Shown: positions 9,099 to 16,962, counted from the stretch's first letter. The stretch: DNA of 32,000 bases from Candidatus Saccharimonadota bacterium (GCA_001029695.1 CP011211.1:240001-272000); one strand, 5' to 3'. The notes: generated by a model from the sequence alone, not told the origin. A program made the numbers and translations.

Positions 9099-9106
9099 TG
9101 CTTACG

Positions 9107-10081
9107 TTAATAAGACTTCTCATGTATAGGCATGTGATGAAGCTTGACGCCTTTTGGTAGAATTCCCGTTTTTGCACCAATATGGTTGACAACTGAAGTC
9201 GAATTAGCACTTGCGAAAATGATCGATTCGACAAGCGATCTTCCTTGTGCCCATTGCGACAAAAATCCCGAACCAAATGCGTCGCCAGCCCCCGTACGAT
9301 CGACAACCTTCACGTCATGATACATTCCGGCGCGCACTATCGTCTTTCCATCACTAGCAACAATACCATTCGGCCCATCACTCACAATTACCACTGGGCA
9401 GTAGTGGTGTCCATGTCGAACAAGTTCCTCTAGACTCGCACCTTCAACAATTTGTTGTATCTCATCACGATTAACGCAAAGCACATCAACGTCCTCGAGA
9501 AGGGCTACCAGTTTCTCGCGCTGAGCAAGTTCGCGCTTTCCAGGGTTAAACATGATCTTAATACCGCGAGCCTTAGCTTGCGAGAACAACGAATAGAGCA
9601 GTTCGAGATTGCCCGACAACGTTGAAACATACAGCCAATCAGCATCAAGAGCCTCAAGATTAAAATCTTTTTTATGATAATGCGTCGAGGCTCCACGATA
9701 AGTAAGGATAGTACGTTCGCCATTTGGCGCAAGAAGCAACACTGAGTACCCCGTCTTATAGCTATGGCTATAAGAGACAAGTGACGTATCGACATTCTCC
9801 TGATCCAGTGAGTTTAGCACAGCCATCCCTGCTGGATCGTGCCCAATTGTCCCCATAAAGATAGAGTGAAGTCCCTGCCTAGCAAATGTAACTGCAGCAT
9901 TACTCGCACCACCACCCGTACTAAAAGTGATGTTATTAACATCAGCTTTTGCACCTAGTTCCAGCTGAATAAAACTTTCATCTGGTCGCTCGCTTACTGC
10001 CTTGAACTCAGGACTATTACTCAAAAATACATCCTGAACAGCAGCACCAACCGAAATAATCTTTGTATGTCGCCCACTCAT
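9107..10081 (-). CDS. PfkB-family sugar kinase (ribokinase-like), 324 aa
   Basis: TGGGASNAAVTFARQG (PfkB signature 1 region) and DRTGAGDAFGSGF (signature 2). Confidence 0.9.
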   Translation of the reverse strand: MSGRHTKIISVGAAVQDVFLSNSPEFKAVSERPDESFIQLELGAKADVNNITFSTGGGASNAAVTFARQGLHSIFMGTIGHDPAGMAVLNSLDQENVDTSLVSYSHSYKTGYSVLLLAPNGERTILTYRGASTHYHKKDFNLEALDADWLYVSTLSGNLELLYSLFSQAKARGIKIMFNPGKRELAQREKLVALLEDVDVLCVNRDEIQQIVEGASLEELVRHGHHYCPVVIVSDGPNGIVASDGKTIVRAGMYHDVKVVDRTGAGDAFGSGFLSQWAQGRSLVESIIFASANSTSVVNHIGAKTGILPKGVKLHHMPIHEKSY

Positions 10082-10088
10082 TTACACT

Positions 10089-10097
10089 AGTATATCA
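10089..10097 (-). promoter_or_regulatory. Candidate extended -10 (TGaTATACT), leaderless configuration for the kinase operon
   Basis: TGaTATACT, 7 nt, ATG (10081) on the minus strand. No SD. Confidence 0.5.
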
Positions 10098-10104
10098 CTT
10101 ATGC

Positions 10105-10133
10105 TTGAGAACGATAGTCCTTCGGAGTAGAAT
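10105..10133 (+). promoter_or_regulatory. Candidate promoter, leaderless configuration for ORF 10140
   Basis: TTGAGA (10105-10110), 17 nt, TAGAAT (10128-10133), 6 nt, ATG (10140). Confidence 0.5.
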
Positions 10134-10139
10134 CATTCC

Positions 10140-10730
10140 ATGAATACGTTACCACCCGAAAATCAGCTCCTTAAATACGAAGAGCAGTATGAAGCTGCAG
10201 GCTGGGAGACGACGCTCCGTGCTATGGCTCTTGCGGGCGACTATCTTTCACACACTCTCCCTAAGGGCGTAGAGGACAAAATTCTATCAGAGGAAATTCC
10301 GACCGAAGAGATCCGAAAGATGGTTGGATATATCGGCATTCTTCTATGTCTGCACGCTAAAAAAGACACATCGAGTGTTTTACCCGTCATTCAAAATATT
10401 TTACAGGAGCCGCACCTTAGTTGTGACAGAAACGACCTACACATTGCCGGATTATGCGTGACTGACGGTACGCAGCATGTTGTCAATCCTCAACTAGAAA
10501 CGGCGCACATGCTCTACTATTCTCCTGATGATTCTATAGCCAGAGAGATCGCAGAGGAAGTTAACCTCAAACGGTTTGATGAAGACGTAGCTATCTACTC
10601 GGCGGCATACTCACAATCACTTGTTAATGCACATAGAGACGGGATGTCTATATCAAGTAGGATAAAAAATATCACCCGCGACAGCATCTTTTACATTGGA
10701 CGTGATGATACTGAAACGGGTGAAAAGTAG
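10140..10730 (+). CDS. Hypothetical protein, 196 aa, acidic, no TM segments
   Basis: Long ORF with a well-placed promoter-like element. It is the only plus-strand gene inside the minus-strand sugar-phosphate block. No recognisable motif. Confidence 0.65.
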   Translation: MNTLPPENQLLKYEEQYEAAGWETTLRAMALAGDYLSHTLPKGVEDKILSEEIPTEEIRKMVGYIGILLCLHAKKDTSSVLPVIQNILQEPHLSCDRNDLHIAGLCVTDGTQHVVNPQLETAHMLYYSPDDSIAREIAEEVNLKRFDEDVAIYSAAYSQSLVNAHRDGMSISSRIKNITRDSIFYIGRDDTETGEK

Positions 10731-10743
10731 CAGGTAATCTCTA

Positions 10744-11655
10744 CTAAACGACTGCTTTACCTGCGCTACCAAAGGCCTGGATCTTCTCCTCAACTACCAC
10801 TTGCACCGCTTGATACACTTTAGGCATAAGCTTCACAACAGCATACTCTTTTGGGTTATCCGCAAGCACTTTTTCGAGTGTCTTTCGAAATGCATAGCGC
10901 ATATCGCTATTGATATTGATCTTGCTTACACCAATCTTTGCCGCCTCTTCAAAGTAATGAAGCGGGGTGCCGCTACCGCCGTGCAGGCTAATCTGTATAT
11001 CAATTGCATTACGCACTTGCTGTAATAACTCAAGATCAAGCACTTTTGGCACTGGGTACTTTCCGTGCAGGTTACCGATTGCAGCAGCATACGTATCGAT
11101 GCCAGTTGCGTCGATAAATGACTTGGCGCTTTCCGGTGTGCTAAACGTCTTCTTGATAGTCTCGTAGTCGAACGCCTCTTCGTGGATATTGCTACTACCA
11201 CCAAAATAATGCGGCTCACTCTCAACAAGCGCTCCAGTAAACTTAGCGTACTCAACAACCTCTCTCGTCTTCTCAATAATCTCTTCTGTCGTTGCGTCGT
11301 GGTTTGCCTGTGAAATATCAATGTGAATAAACTCGTATCCTGCATCAATCGCACGCTTACAGTCGTCAACCGTCGGACTATGATCAAGGTTAAGATACAT
11401 CTCAACACCATACTCTTCTTTGTAGTTGTCAACGAGATCACGAATATTTTCGAGCCCCAGTGCCTTCACCTCACCCTCACTCACCTCAACAAGTACAGGT
11501 GAGTTCAGCTTTTGGGCTGCGCGCACTACCGCAATAAGCGTTTCTTGGTTATCGATGTTAAACGCACCGACGGCAAACCCTTGACGTCGTGTTCGCTGAT
11601 AAAGGTGGCGAGCTCGAAGCGTGTTTGCTCGAATCTGACTAATTGTTAAACTCAT
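10744..11655 (-). CDS. fba: Class II fructose/ketose-1,6-bisphosphate aldolase (303 aa)
   Basis: FAVGAFNIDNQE near the N-terminus, NLDHS, SLHGGSG and NINSDMR, typical of short class II FBA/tagatose-bisphosphate aldolases. ATG 11655 is chosen because the ORF-track start 11751 overlaps the upstream kinase by 92 nt. Confidence 0.9.
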   Translation of the reverse strand: MSLTISQIRANTLRARHLYQRTRRQGFAVGAFNIDNQETLIAVVRAAQKLNSPVLVEVSEGEVKALGLENIRDLVDNYKEEYGVEMYLNLDHSPTVDDCKRAIDAGYEFIHIDISQANHDATTEEIIEKTREVVEYAKFTGALVESEPHYFGGSSNIHEEAFDYETIKKTFSTPESAKSFIDATGIDTYAAAIGNLHGKYPVPKVLDLELLQQVRNAIDIQISLHGGSGTPLHYFEEAAKIGVSKININSDMRYAFRKTLEKVLADNPKEYAVVKLMPKVYQAVQVVVEEKIQAFGSAGKAVV

Positions 11656-11659
11656 ATAA

Positions 11660-12658
11660 TTAAATCCTCTCTGCTTTATACCATTCGGGAGCACGAGACA
11701 ACCACTCTTTGAGCGTCTCTTCGTCAAGTAATCCTTCTTGAGCGCCAACATGTTGCACTACATTCGTAGGAGTAATTGGAGCCCATTGGATAGCACCTTC
11801 GATTGGATATCCCTTTGCAAGTGCCGCAACAAATGTACTTGTATACGCATCACCGCAACCTGTTCGTTCTTTCGGCGCTGATGGATCTGGGTAAATAGGC
11901 ATCTTATATCGATTTGCACCGTCCGACACATAACTACCCGCAGGTCCGTCAGTAATCAGCACGATCTTCGGTCCAAGTGCATGAATCTTATCAAATAGCT
12001 CATGAACGTTATTGTAATCACCGCCAGTTACTTGAACCGCCTCTTCTCGGTTCAACGCAAGTACTTCAGTGCGTGCATAGAGTCGAGCTAGTCGCTCAGC
12101 ACCAAGCTTGATCTGGAATGTACCTGGCTGGAAGGCAAGTTTTACACTTGTCTCACGCTCAAGCCAATCTGCAAGCGCATCGTGATAATCGACAGCAGTC
12201 TCTGCTATCGAACTAAAGTATACCCATTTTGGTAGTTCATCGGCATCGATGCGTGGCCACTTATAAGTGTACGCTTCGTGATTGATAAGAATTGTTCGGT
12301 CATCTTTATACCACAACACATAGTGATAGTTACTCTTTTTACCCGAGTGCAGCTTCACAAACTCAGTGTCAACACCCCGTGCTTGCAGAGCGGCGACAGT
12401 GTCTCGTCCGCGCTTGTCATCACCTAGGTTGGTCACCAAGCTCGATTTAAGTCCGAACTTAGCGAAACTCACAGCAGCATTCGGTGCATTACCCACACCA
12501 ACTAACAGCTGTGCACTCTCAAACGGCAGCTTAGAACCAAACTGCATACTAATTCGCGAGTCACCGTCTTCATGATCAACTCGTGCTTGGTCGTCAAAAA
12601 GTTTTATAAAATCATCAGTTACAATATCACCGACACTCAGTACATCAATTTTTGTCAT
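11660..12658 (-). CDS. PfkB-family kinase (332 aa), paralogue of the C-terminal part of 7571..9079
   Basis: VGNAPNAAVSFAKFG and ERTGCGDAYTSTF. Blocks shared with the 502-aa protein include GDIVTD, RISMxFGSKLP, NYHY, VKLAFQPGTF, NREEA and WAPI...VVQxxGAQxGLL. Strong SD AGGAGG lies 6 nt upstream. Confidence 0.92.
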   Translation of the reverse strand: MTKIDVLSVGDIVTDDFIKLFDDQARVDHEDGDSRISMQFGSKLPFESAQLLVGVGNAPNAAVSFAKFGLKSSLVTNLGDDKRGRDTVAALQARGVDTEFVKLHSGKKSNYHYVLWYKDDRTILINHEAYTYKWPRIDADELPKWVYFSSIAETAVDYHDALADWLERETSVKLAFQPGTFQIKLGAERLARLYARTEVLALNREEAVQVTGGDYNNVHELFDKIHALGPKIVLITDGPAGSYVSDGANRYKMPIYPDPSAPKERTGCGDAYTSTFVAALAKGYPIEGAIQWAPITPTNVVQHVGAQEGLLDEETLKEWLSRAPEWYKAERI

Positions 12659-12667
12659 TTTTTCCTC

Positions 12668-13666
12668 CTAATAATCTCTATGGTATTGCGGGGTATTGTT
12701 AATAAATTCTTTCGCCTGAACAGCTATCTTCTCACCAGTAAGCCCAAAGAGGTCGAGTAGTTCATCCGGTTTACCACTTTCGCCAAAGCGGTCCCTCATA
12801 CCAACTCGCCAAAGCGGTGTTGGCATTTTCTCGCTTAACAGTTCTGCGATGGCGCTACCGAAGCCTCCAGCTATCTGCGCCTCCTCAGCGGTAAGCGCTC
12901 GTCCAGTTTTTCGTACACTCGCAAGAATCGTCTCTTCATCAAGCGGCTTAATCGTCGGAACATGAACAACTTCTGCTGAAACACCCTTCGATTCGAGCTC
13001 TTTTGCCGCAACGAGTAGTTCATATGTCATCGTTCCCGTTCCGAGAAGCGTGATGTCGTGACCCTCTCGAAGTACATAGGCTTTACCGATTTCAAATGGC
13101 GAATCTTCAGTGCTAAAAATCGGTGTTTTTTCACGAGCAAGCCGTAGATAACTTGGCTTATCATTCTTGGCGATAAGCTTAGTAGCCTTTTCCGCCTCAA
13201 CGCTATCGCCAGGCGCCACAACAACCATGTGAGGTAGTACGCGCATAAGAGCGATATCTTCTAGCATCTGGTGTGTCGCGCCGTCCGGCCCCACACTCAC
13301 TCCTGCATGAGAGCCCACAACCTTTACTGGCTGTTCATTGAGCGCTGCTGTAGTGCGAATCTGCTCCCAGTTTCGCCCAGGACTAAATGCCGCGTAACTA
13401 CTCGTAAAGGGAATCTTACCCGCTCGAGCGAGCCCACTTGCCACAGTCACGAGATTTTGCTCGGCAACGCCAATCTCTATAAACCTCTCAGGAAATGCGT
13501 TCTTGAACAAATGCATTTGCGTACTCTCAGTCAAGTCAGCACACAAGGCAACAACACGCTCATCCGCCTCGCCAGCAGCCTTTAGGCCTCGACCAAATCC
13601 TGCGCGAATCGGCTCTTTTGCGACTTCGTCGTCGAAAATATTTGATTGTAGAGGATAATGGCTCAT
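12668..13666 (-). CDS. Transketolase, C-terminal (pyrimidine-binding plus C-terminal domain) subunit
   Basis: 332 aa. IEIGVAEQNLVTVASGLA motif. Its start overlaps the stop of the N-terminal subunit gene by 4 nt (ATGA). Confidence 0.95.
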   Translation of the reverse strand: MSHYPLQSNIFDDEVAKEPIRAGFGRGLKAAGEADERVVALCADLTESTQMHLFKNAFPERFIEIGVAEQNLVTVASGLARAGKIPFTSSYAAFSPGRNWEQIRTTAALNEQPVKVVGSHAGVSVGPDGATHQMLEDIALMRVLPHMVVVAPGDSVEAEKATKLIAKNDKPSYLRLAREKTPIFSTEDSPFEIGKAYVLREGHDITLLGTGTMTYELLVAAKELESKGVSAEVVHVPTIKPLDEETILASVRKTGRALTAEEAQIAGGFGSAIAELLSEKMPTPLWRVGMRDRFGESGKPDELLDLFGLTGEKIAVQAKEFINNTPQYHRDY

Positions 13667-14526
13667 TCGTTCTCTCCCGAAGTAATTTTACCGTTCAGCG
13701 TCCGTAGCTTTTTTAGTGCTATCTTTGCCTGCTCACTATTTGGCGCCATACCGTGCCAATGATAGTCATACTCCATAAAGTCGACACCTTTTCCTGGGAT
13801 TGTATGCGCAATAATCACACTCGGCTTGTTCGTGATTGCCCGAGCCATGCTTGCAGCATCAATAATACTCTCGACGTTGTGTCCGTCGACTTCTTGCACA
13901 TGCCAGCCAAATGATTCCCACTTACCACGAAGATCTTCAAGTGGCATAACTTCTTCGGTAGTGCCGTCAATCTGGATATTATTTCGGTCGATAAAACCGA
14001 CGAGCTGTGAAAGCTTGTACTTCCCAGCAAACATAGCAGCTTCCCAGATATTTCCTTCGTTTAGTTCTCCATCACCCATGATCGTATAGACAAAGCGATG
14101 TTGCTGTTTATCGAGGTACTGGAGTGAGTATGCATACCCAGCGGCTTGGCTCAGGCCGCTACCGAGTGGGCCACTCGTATTTTCAAGACCAGGTAATTTC
14201 GTACGTTCCGGATGTCCTTGTAGACGAGAACCGAGTTTTCGGAGCGTCATAAGTTCATCTTTTTCAAAGTAGCCGGCCTCAGCCATCGCTGCGTACTGCA
14301 CCGGTACTGTATGACCATTGCTCAAAAAGAAGACATCTCGATCTTCCCATTCTGGATTTTTTGGATCCAGACGCATAATATGAAAATAAAGCGCAGCAAG
14401 CATATCAGCCATACCGAGTGGACCCGCGCTATGCCCACTACCTGCATTTTCCAGCATGCGAATAATATCTTCGCGTATATGTGCAGCTTTTTGCTCCACC
14501 TGCGCGACCGTAAGTTGCCCCCTCAT
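13663..14526 (-). CDS. Transketolase, N-terminal (thiamine-diphosphate-binding) subunit
   Basis: 287 aa. GHSAGPLGMADMLAALY and GDGELNEGNIWEA (TPP-binding motif). Confidence 0.95.
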   Translation of the reverse strand: MRGQLTVAQVEQKAAHIREDIIRMLENAGSGHSAGPLGMADMLAALYFHIMRLDPKNPEWEDRDVFFLSNGHTVPVQYAAMAEAGYFEKDELMTLRKLGSRLQGHPERTKLPGLENTSGPLGSGLSQAAGYAYSLQYLDKQQHRFVYTIMGDGELNEGNIWEAAMFAGKYKLSQLVGFIDRNNIQIDGTTEEVMPLEDLRGKWESFGWHVQEVDGHNVESIIDAASMARAITNKPSVIIAHTIPGKGVDFMEYDYHWHGMAPNSEQAKIALKKLRTLNGKITSGENE

Positions 14527-14531
14527 GATGC

Positions 14532-15176
14532 CTAAATAACCCCCTGTTTATTAATCTCATTAACCAGTGTAGCATAAGCGGCTTGAGGATCAGCAGCCTT
14601 CTGGATCGAACCGCCGACATTCAGAACATCGACGCCACCTTGCGCCAAACTATACGCATTCTCAACTGTCACGCCTCCGTCCCAACCAATCTCAAGGCTA
14701 GAGTTGATACTCTTTATCAATCGTATCTTCTCAAGCTGCATAAGGCTGGCAGTACCCCCAAACTTTCCCAGGTCTCCGCTAAAAATCATTGCATGATCAG
14801 CAGCCTCGAGTGCTCCGGCAATTGTCGATGGCACAGTTGTACGCATCACCGCAATTCCCGCTTTAATGTCATATTGCTTTATGTGCTGAAAAATTGGAAC
14901 AAGATCTTCCTGTACTTCTGCATGAAACAAAATCATATGAGGCTTCAACGAGATAAGTGTGTCGAGATACTGAGTAGGATTTGCCACCATTGCATGAATA
15001 TCAATTAACCAATCTTGTGGCCACCATATCTGCGAAACATTCACTGTCGTTGTAGGCGCAAATGTACCATCGCTAAGATCAATATGAACTCGCTTCGCAA
15101 ATGTATGGATCTGCTCAAGCTGAGTCTTATAGTTTTCTGGACTATCGGACAATACTGCAGGGGCAATAACACTCAT
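14532..15176 (-). CDS. rpe: Ribulose-phosphate 3-epimerase family protein (divergent)
   Basis: 214 aa. HIDLSDGTFAP, DIHAMV, FHAE, IGWDGGV and VGGSI are collinear with Rpe motifs. The phosphate-loop region reads GDLGKFGG rather than PGFGGQ. Confidence 0.8.
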   Translation of the reverse strand: MSVIAPAVLSDSPENYKTQLEQIHTFAKRVHIDLSDGTFAPTTTVNVSQIWWPQDWLIDIHAMVANPTQYLDTLISLKPHMILFHAEVQEDLVPIFQHIKQYDIKAGIAVMRTTVPSTIAGALEAADHAMIFSGDLGKFGGTASLMQLEKIRLIKSINSSLEIGWDGGVTVENAYSLAQGGVDVLNVGGSIQKAADPQAAYATLVNEINKQGVI

Positions 15177-15629
15177 CTACGACAACTCATCAATCTGCGT
15201 ATTTCGACGCTTATAGCGAGGTGCGCTTGCAAATGGAGTATGGAGCCATGTATCGATAATATCTTGCCACTCTTCGTCGTCATTCTCTAGAATACGCGCC
15301 GGAAGACACAGTACGTTACTGTCGTTGTCATTGCGCGTCATCTTCGCTTCATAAGCGTCCCATATGACGCTCGCACGAATACCTCGGAAGCGATTTGCCG
15401 CCATCGCCATACCTTGGCCGCCACCACAAATCAAAATAGCTCGTGGATCTTTACTCGTATCGCCGATAATCTGGATCGCAGCTGCCTGCGCGAATTCAGG
15501 AAAATCATCATCCGGATCAAGTTCTTTTCCGCCGACATCTTCGACATCGTATTTTCGCTTTGCCAGGTAGGCAAAAACTTTTTCTTTCATATGATAGCCG
15601 TTATGGTCAGAGCCGAGGTAAATCTTCAT
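15177..15629 (-). CDS. rpiB: Ribose-5-phosphate isomerase B (150 aa)
   Basis: MKIYLGSDHNGY start and ILICGGGQGMAMAANR, typical of RpiB/LacAB. ATG 15629 is preferred over the TTG at 15665 because of the promoter-like element at 15637-15665. Confidence 0.9.
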   Translation of the reverse strand: MKIYLGSDHNGYHMKEKVFAYLAKRKYDVEDVGGKELDPDDDFPEFAQAAAIQIIGDTSKDPRAILICGGGQGMAMAANRFRGIRASVIWDAYEAKMTRNDNDSNVLCLPARILENDDEEWQDIIDTWLHTPFASAPRYKRRNTQIDELS

Positions 15630-15636
15630 GCTTATT

Positions 15637-15665
15637 AGTATAAGCGGGATAAGGGTTCGGAGCAA
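15637..15665 (-). promoter_or_regulatory. Candidate promoter of the rpiB-rpe-tkt-pfkB-fba operon, leaderless configuration
   Basis: On the minus strand: TTGCTC (15660-15665), 17 nt, TATACT (15637-15642), 7 nt, ATG (15629). It lies just downstream of the gap terminator. Confidence 0.5.
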
Positions 15666-15680
15666 GCCTCTTATGCTGTA

Positions 15681-15717
15681 TTAAAAAATGAAGAGCGCAA
15701 TGCTCTTCATTTTTTAA
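15681..15717 (-). terminator. Rho-independent terminator after gap (symmetric A/T-flanked hairpin)
   Basis: TTAAAAAATGAAGAGC / GCAAT loop / GCTCTTCATTTTTTAA. The GC-containing core ATGAAGAGC pairs with GCTCTTCAT, with U-runs on both strands. It starts 18 nt past the gap stop. Confidence 0.75.
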
Positions 15718-15734
15718 TACAAGTATATTTGTAT

Positions 15735-16751
15735 CTATTTATCGAGTGATCGTCCAACGTCTGCTACGAGTTCAACAAGTCGGTTACTATAGCCCCACTC
15801 GTTGTCATACCATACACAGATCTTAATGAGGTTGCCATCAACAACCTTTGTAAGCGCAAGGTCAACTGTTCCGGAGTTACTGTTGCCGATATAGTCTCGA
15901 CTTACAAGTGGCTCATCGCTCACGGCCAAGATTCCCTGGTAGAATGGCTCAGCGGCTGCTTTCTTGAAAGCACCGTTAATTTCATCGGCAGTAACATCAC
16001 GACTCAATAATGCCGTTACGTCACTGATCGATACAACTGATGTCGGAACGCGGATTGAGAGGCCATCAAACTTACCAGCAAGCTGAGGAAGTGTCTTTGT
16101 TACTGCGATCGCCGCGCCAGTTGTTGTCGGGACGATATTCTCAGAAGCATTGCGACCTTCACGAAGATCTTTCTTCGGAGCATCTTGAAGCGCCTGGCTT
16201 GCTGTATAGCTGTGAACCGTCGTAAGAAGTGACTTCTCTACGCCAAATTCAGCGTCGAGGATTGCCATAACAGCCCCAAGAGAGTTGGTAGTGCAGCTTG
16301 CGTTGCTAATCACGTGACTTGCGCCTTCGATCTTGTCGTCATTTGCACCGAGCACGATAGTATCAACACCTTCGCTCTTTGTTGGACCACTGATCACTAC
16401 CCGCTTTGCGCCTGCAGTAATGTGCTTTTCAGCGTCTTCCTTTGCGGTGAAAAATCCTGTTGACTCAATCACGAGCTCAACGCCAAGATCACCCCATGGA
16501 AGTGCGGCAGGGTCACGCTCTGCAAGGACTTTGATATGCTTACCGTCGACAATAATACTCGAGTCATCATAAGAGACTTCGTGCTGATACGTGCCGTAGT
16601 TACTGTCGTGTTTTAGTAGATAAGCAAGTGTTTTTGTATCTGTCAGGTCGTTAATCGCAAGAATTTCTATATCGCTACGCTCAAATGCAATTTTGAATGC
16701 GTTGCGACCGATTCGGCCAAAACCATTAATTCCGAGTTTTGTTTGACTCAT
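15735..16751 (-). CDS. gap: Type I glyceraldehyde-3-phosphate dehydrogenase
   Basis: 338 aa. NGFGRIGR NAD-binding motif and SNASCTTN active-site cysteine motif. AGGAG SD upstream. Confidence 0.97.
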   Translation of the reverse strand: MSQTKLGINGFGRIGRNAFKIAFERSDIEILAINDLTDTKTLAYLLKHDSNYGTYQHEVSYDDSSIIVDGKHIKVLAERDPAALPWGDLGVELVIESTGFFTAKEDAEKHITAGAKRVVISGPTKSEGVDTIVLGANDDKIEGASHVISNASCTTNSLGAVMAILDAEFGVEKSLLTTVHSYTASQALQDAPKKDLREGRNASENIVPTTTGAAIAVTKTLPQLAGKFDGLSIRVPTSVVSISDVTALLSRDVTADEINGAFKKAAAEPFYQGILAVSDEPLVSRDYIGNSNSGTVDLALTKVVDGNLIKICVWYDNEWGYSNRLVELVADVGRSLDK

Positions 16752-16944
16752 GTATCGTTAGTGCTCCTATTCCTAAGCATTAGTACTTTCGTCCTCTACT
16801 ATATACCAGCGAGTCAATCTGATGCAAATCAAAATACCCTAGTTTTCGCGACTTACTCGCCTCAAACATCGTACCTCCAACGTTATAGTCACAGCGCCCA
16901 TCTTATTGAGTATTGCTTCTAATGTTTTTTATTTACATGACCAC

Positions 16945-16953
16945 TGTTATACT
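16945..16953 (+). promoter_or_regulatory. Candidate extended -10 (TGtTATACT) for rel
   Basis: 9 nt upstream of ATG 16963. No SD in between. Confidence 0.45.
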
Positions 16954-16962
16954 GGATACACT

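Noticed and set aside
10731-10743. Possible terminator between the convergent orphan ORF and fba (AGTAG...CTACT). A similar weak hairpin sits between GDPD and trxB (20428-20455, GAAGAT...GTCTTC).
   Set aside because: The stems are only 5-6 bp with 10-13-nt loops and no U-tract, far weaker than the three clear terminators in the window.
10926-11441. 171-aa ORF in an alternative frame inside the aldolase gene
   Set aside because: It is on the same strand but a different frame of a well-supported conserved gene. The translated sequence is R/L/S/T-rich low complexity, typical of off-frame reading. No independent start signals.
11656-11751. Longer aldolase start (335-aa version)
   Set aside because: It would overlap the upstream PfkB gene by 92 nt. 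The conserved aldolase N-terminus begins right after ATG 11655, which sits 4 nt after the kinase stop.
14583-15008. 141-aa antisense ORF inside rpe. Similar antisense ORFs occur at 3469..3813 and 4039..4443 (inside the 914-aa gene), 27723..28121 (inside pheS) and 20804..21166 (inside trxB).
   Set aside because: All lie fully within strongly supported genes on the opposite strand and have no SD or -10 element at their starts. Their composition is Cys/Arg/Ser-rich, typical of antisense translation.
16811-16860. Inverted repeat GCGAGT ... ACTCGC in the gap/rel divergent intergenic region, as a possible operator
   Set aside because: Only 6 bp per arm with a 38-nt spacer, and the extension is imperfect. 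This is expected by chance in a 210-bp region.
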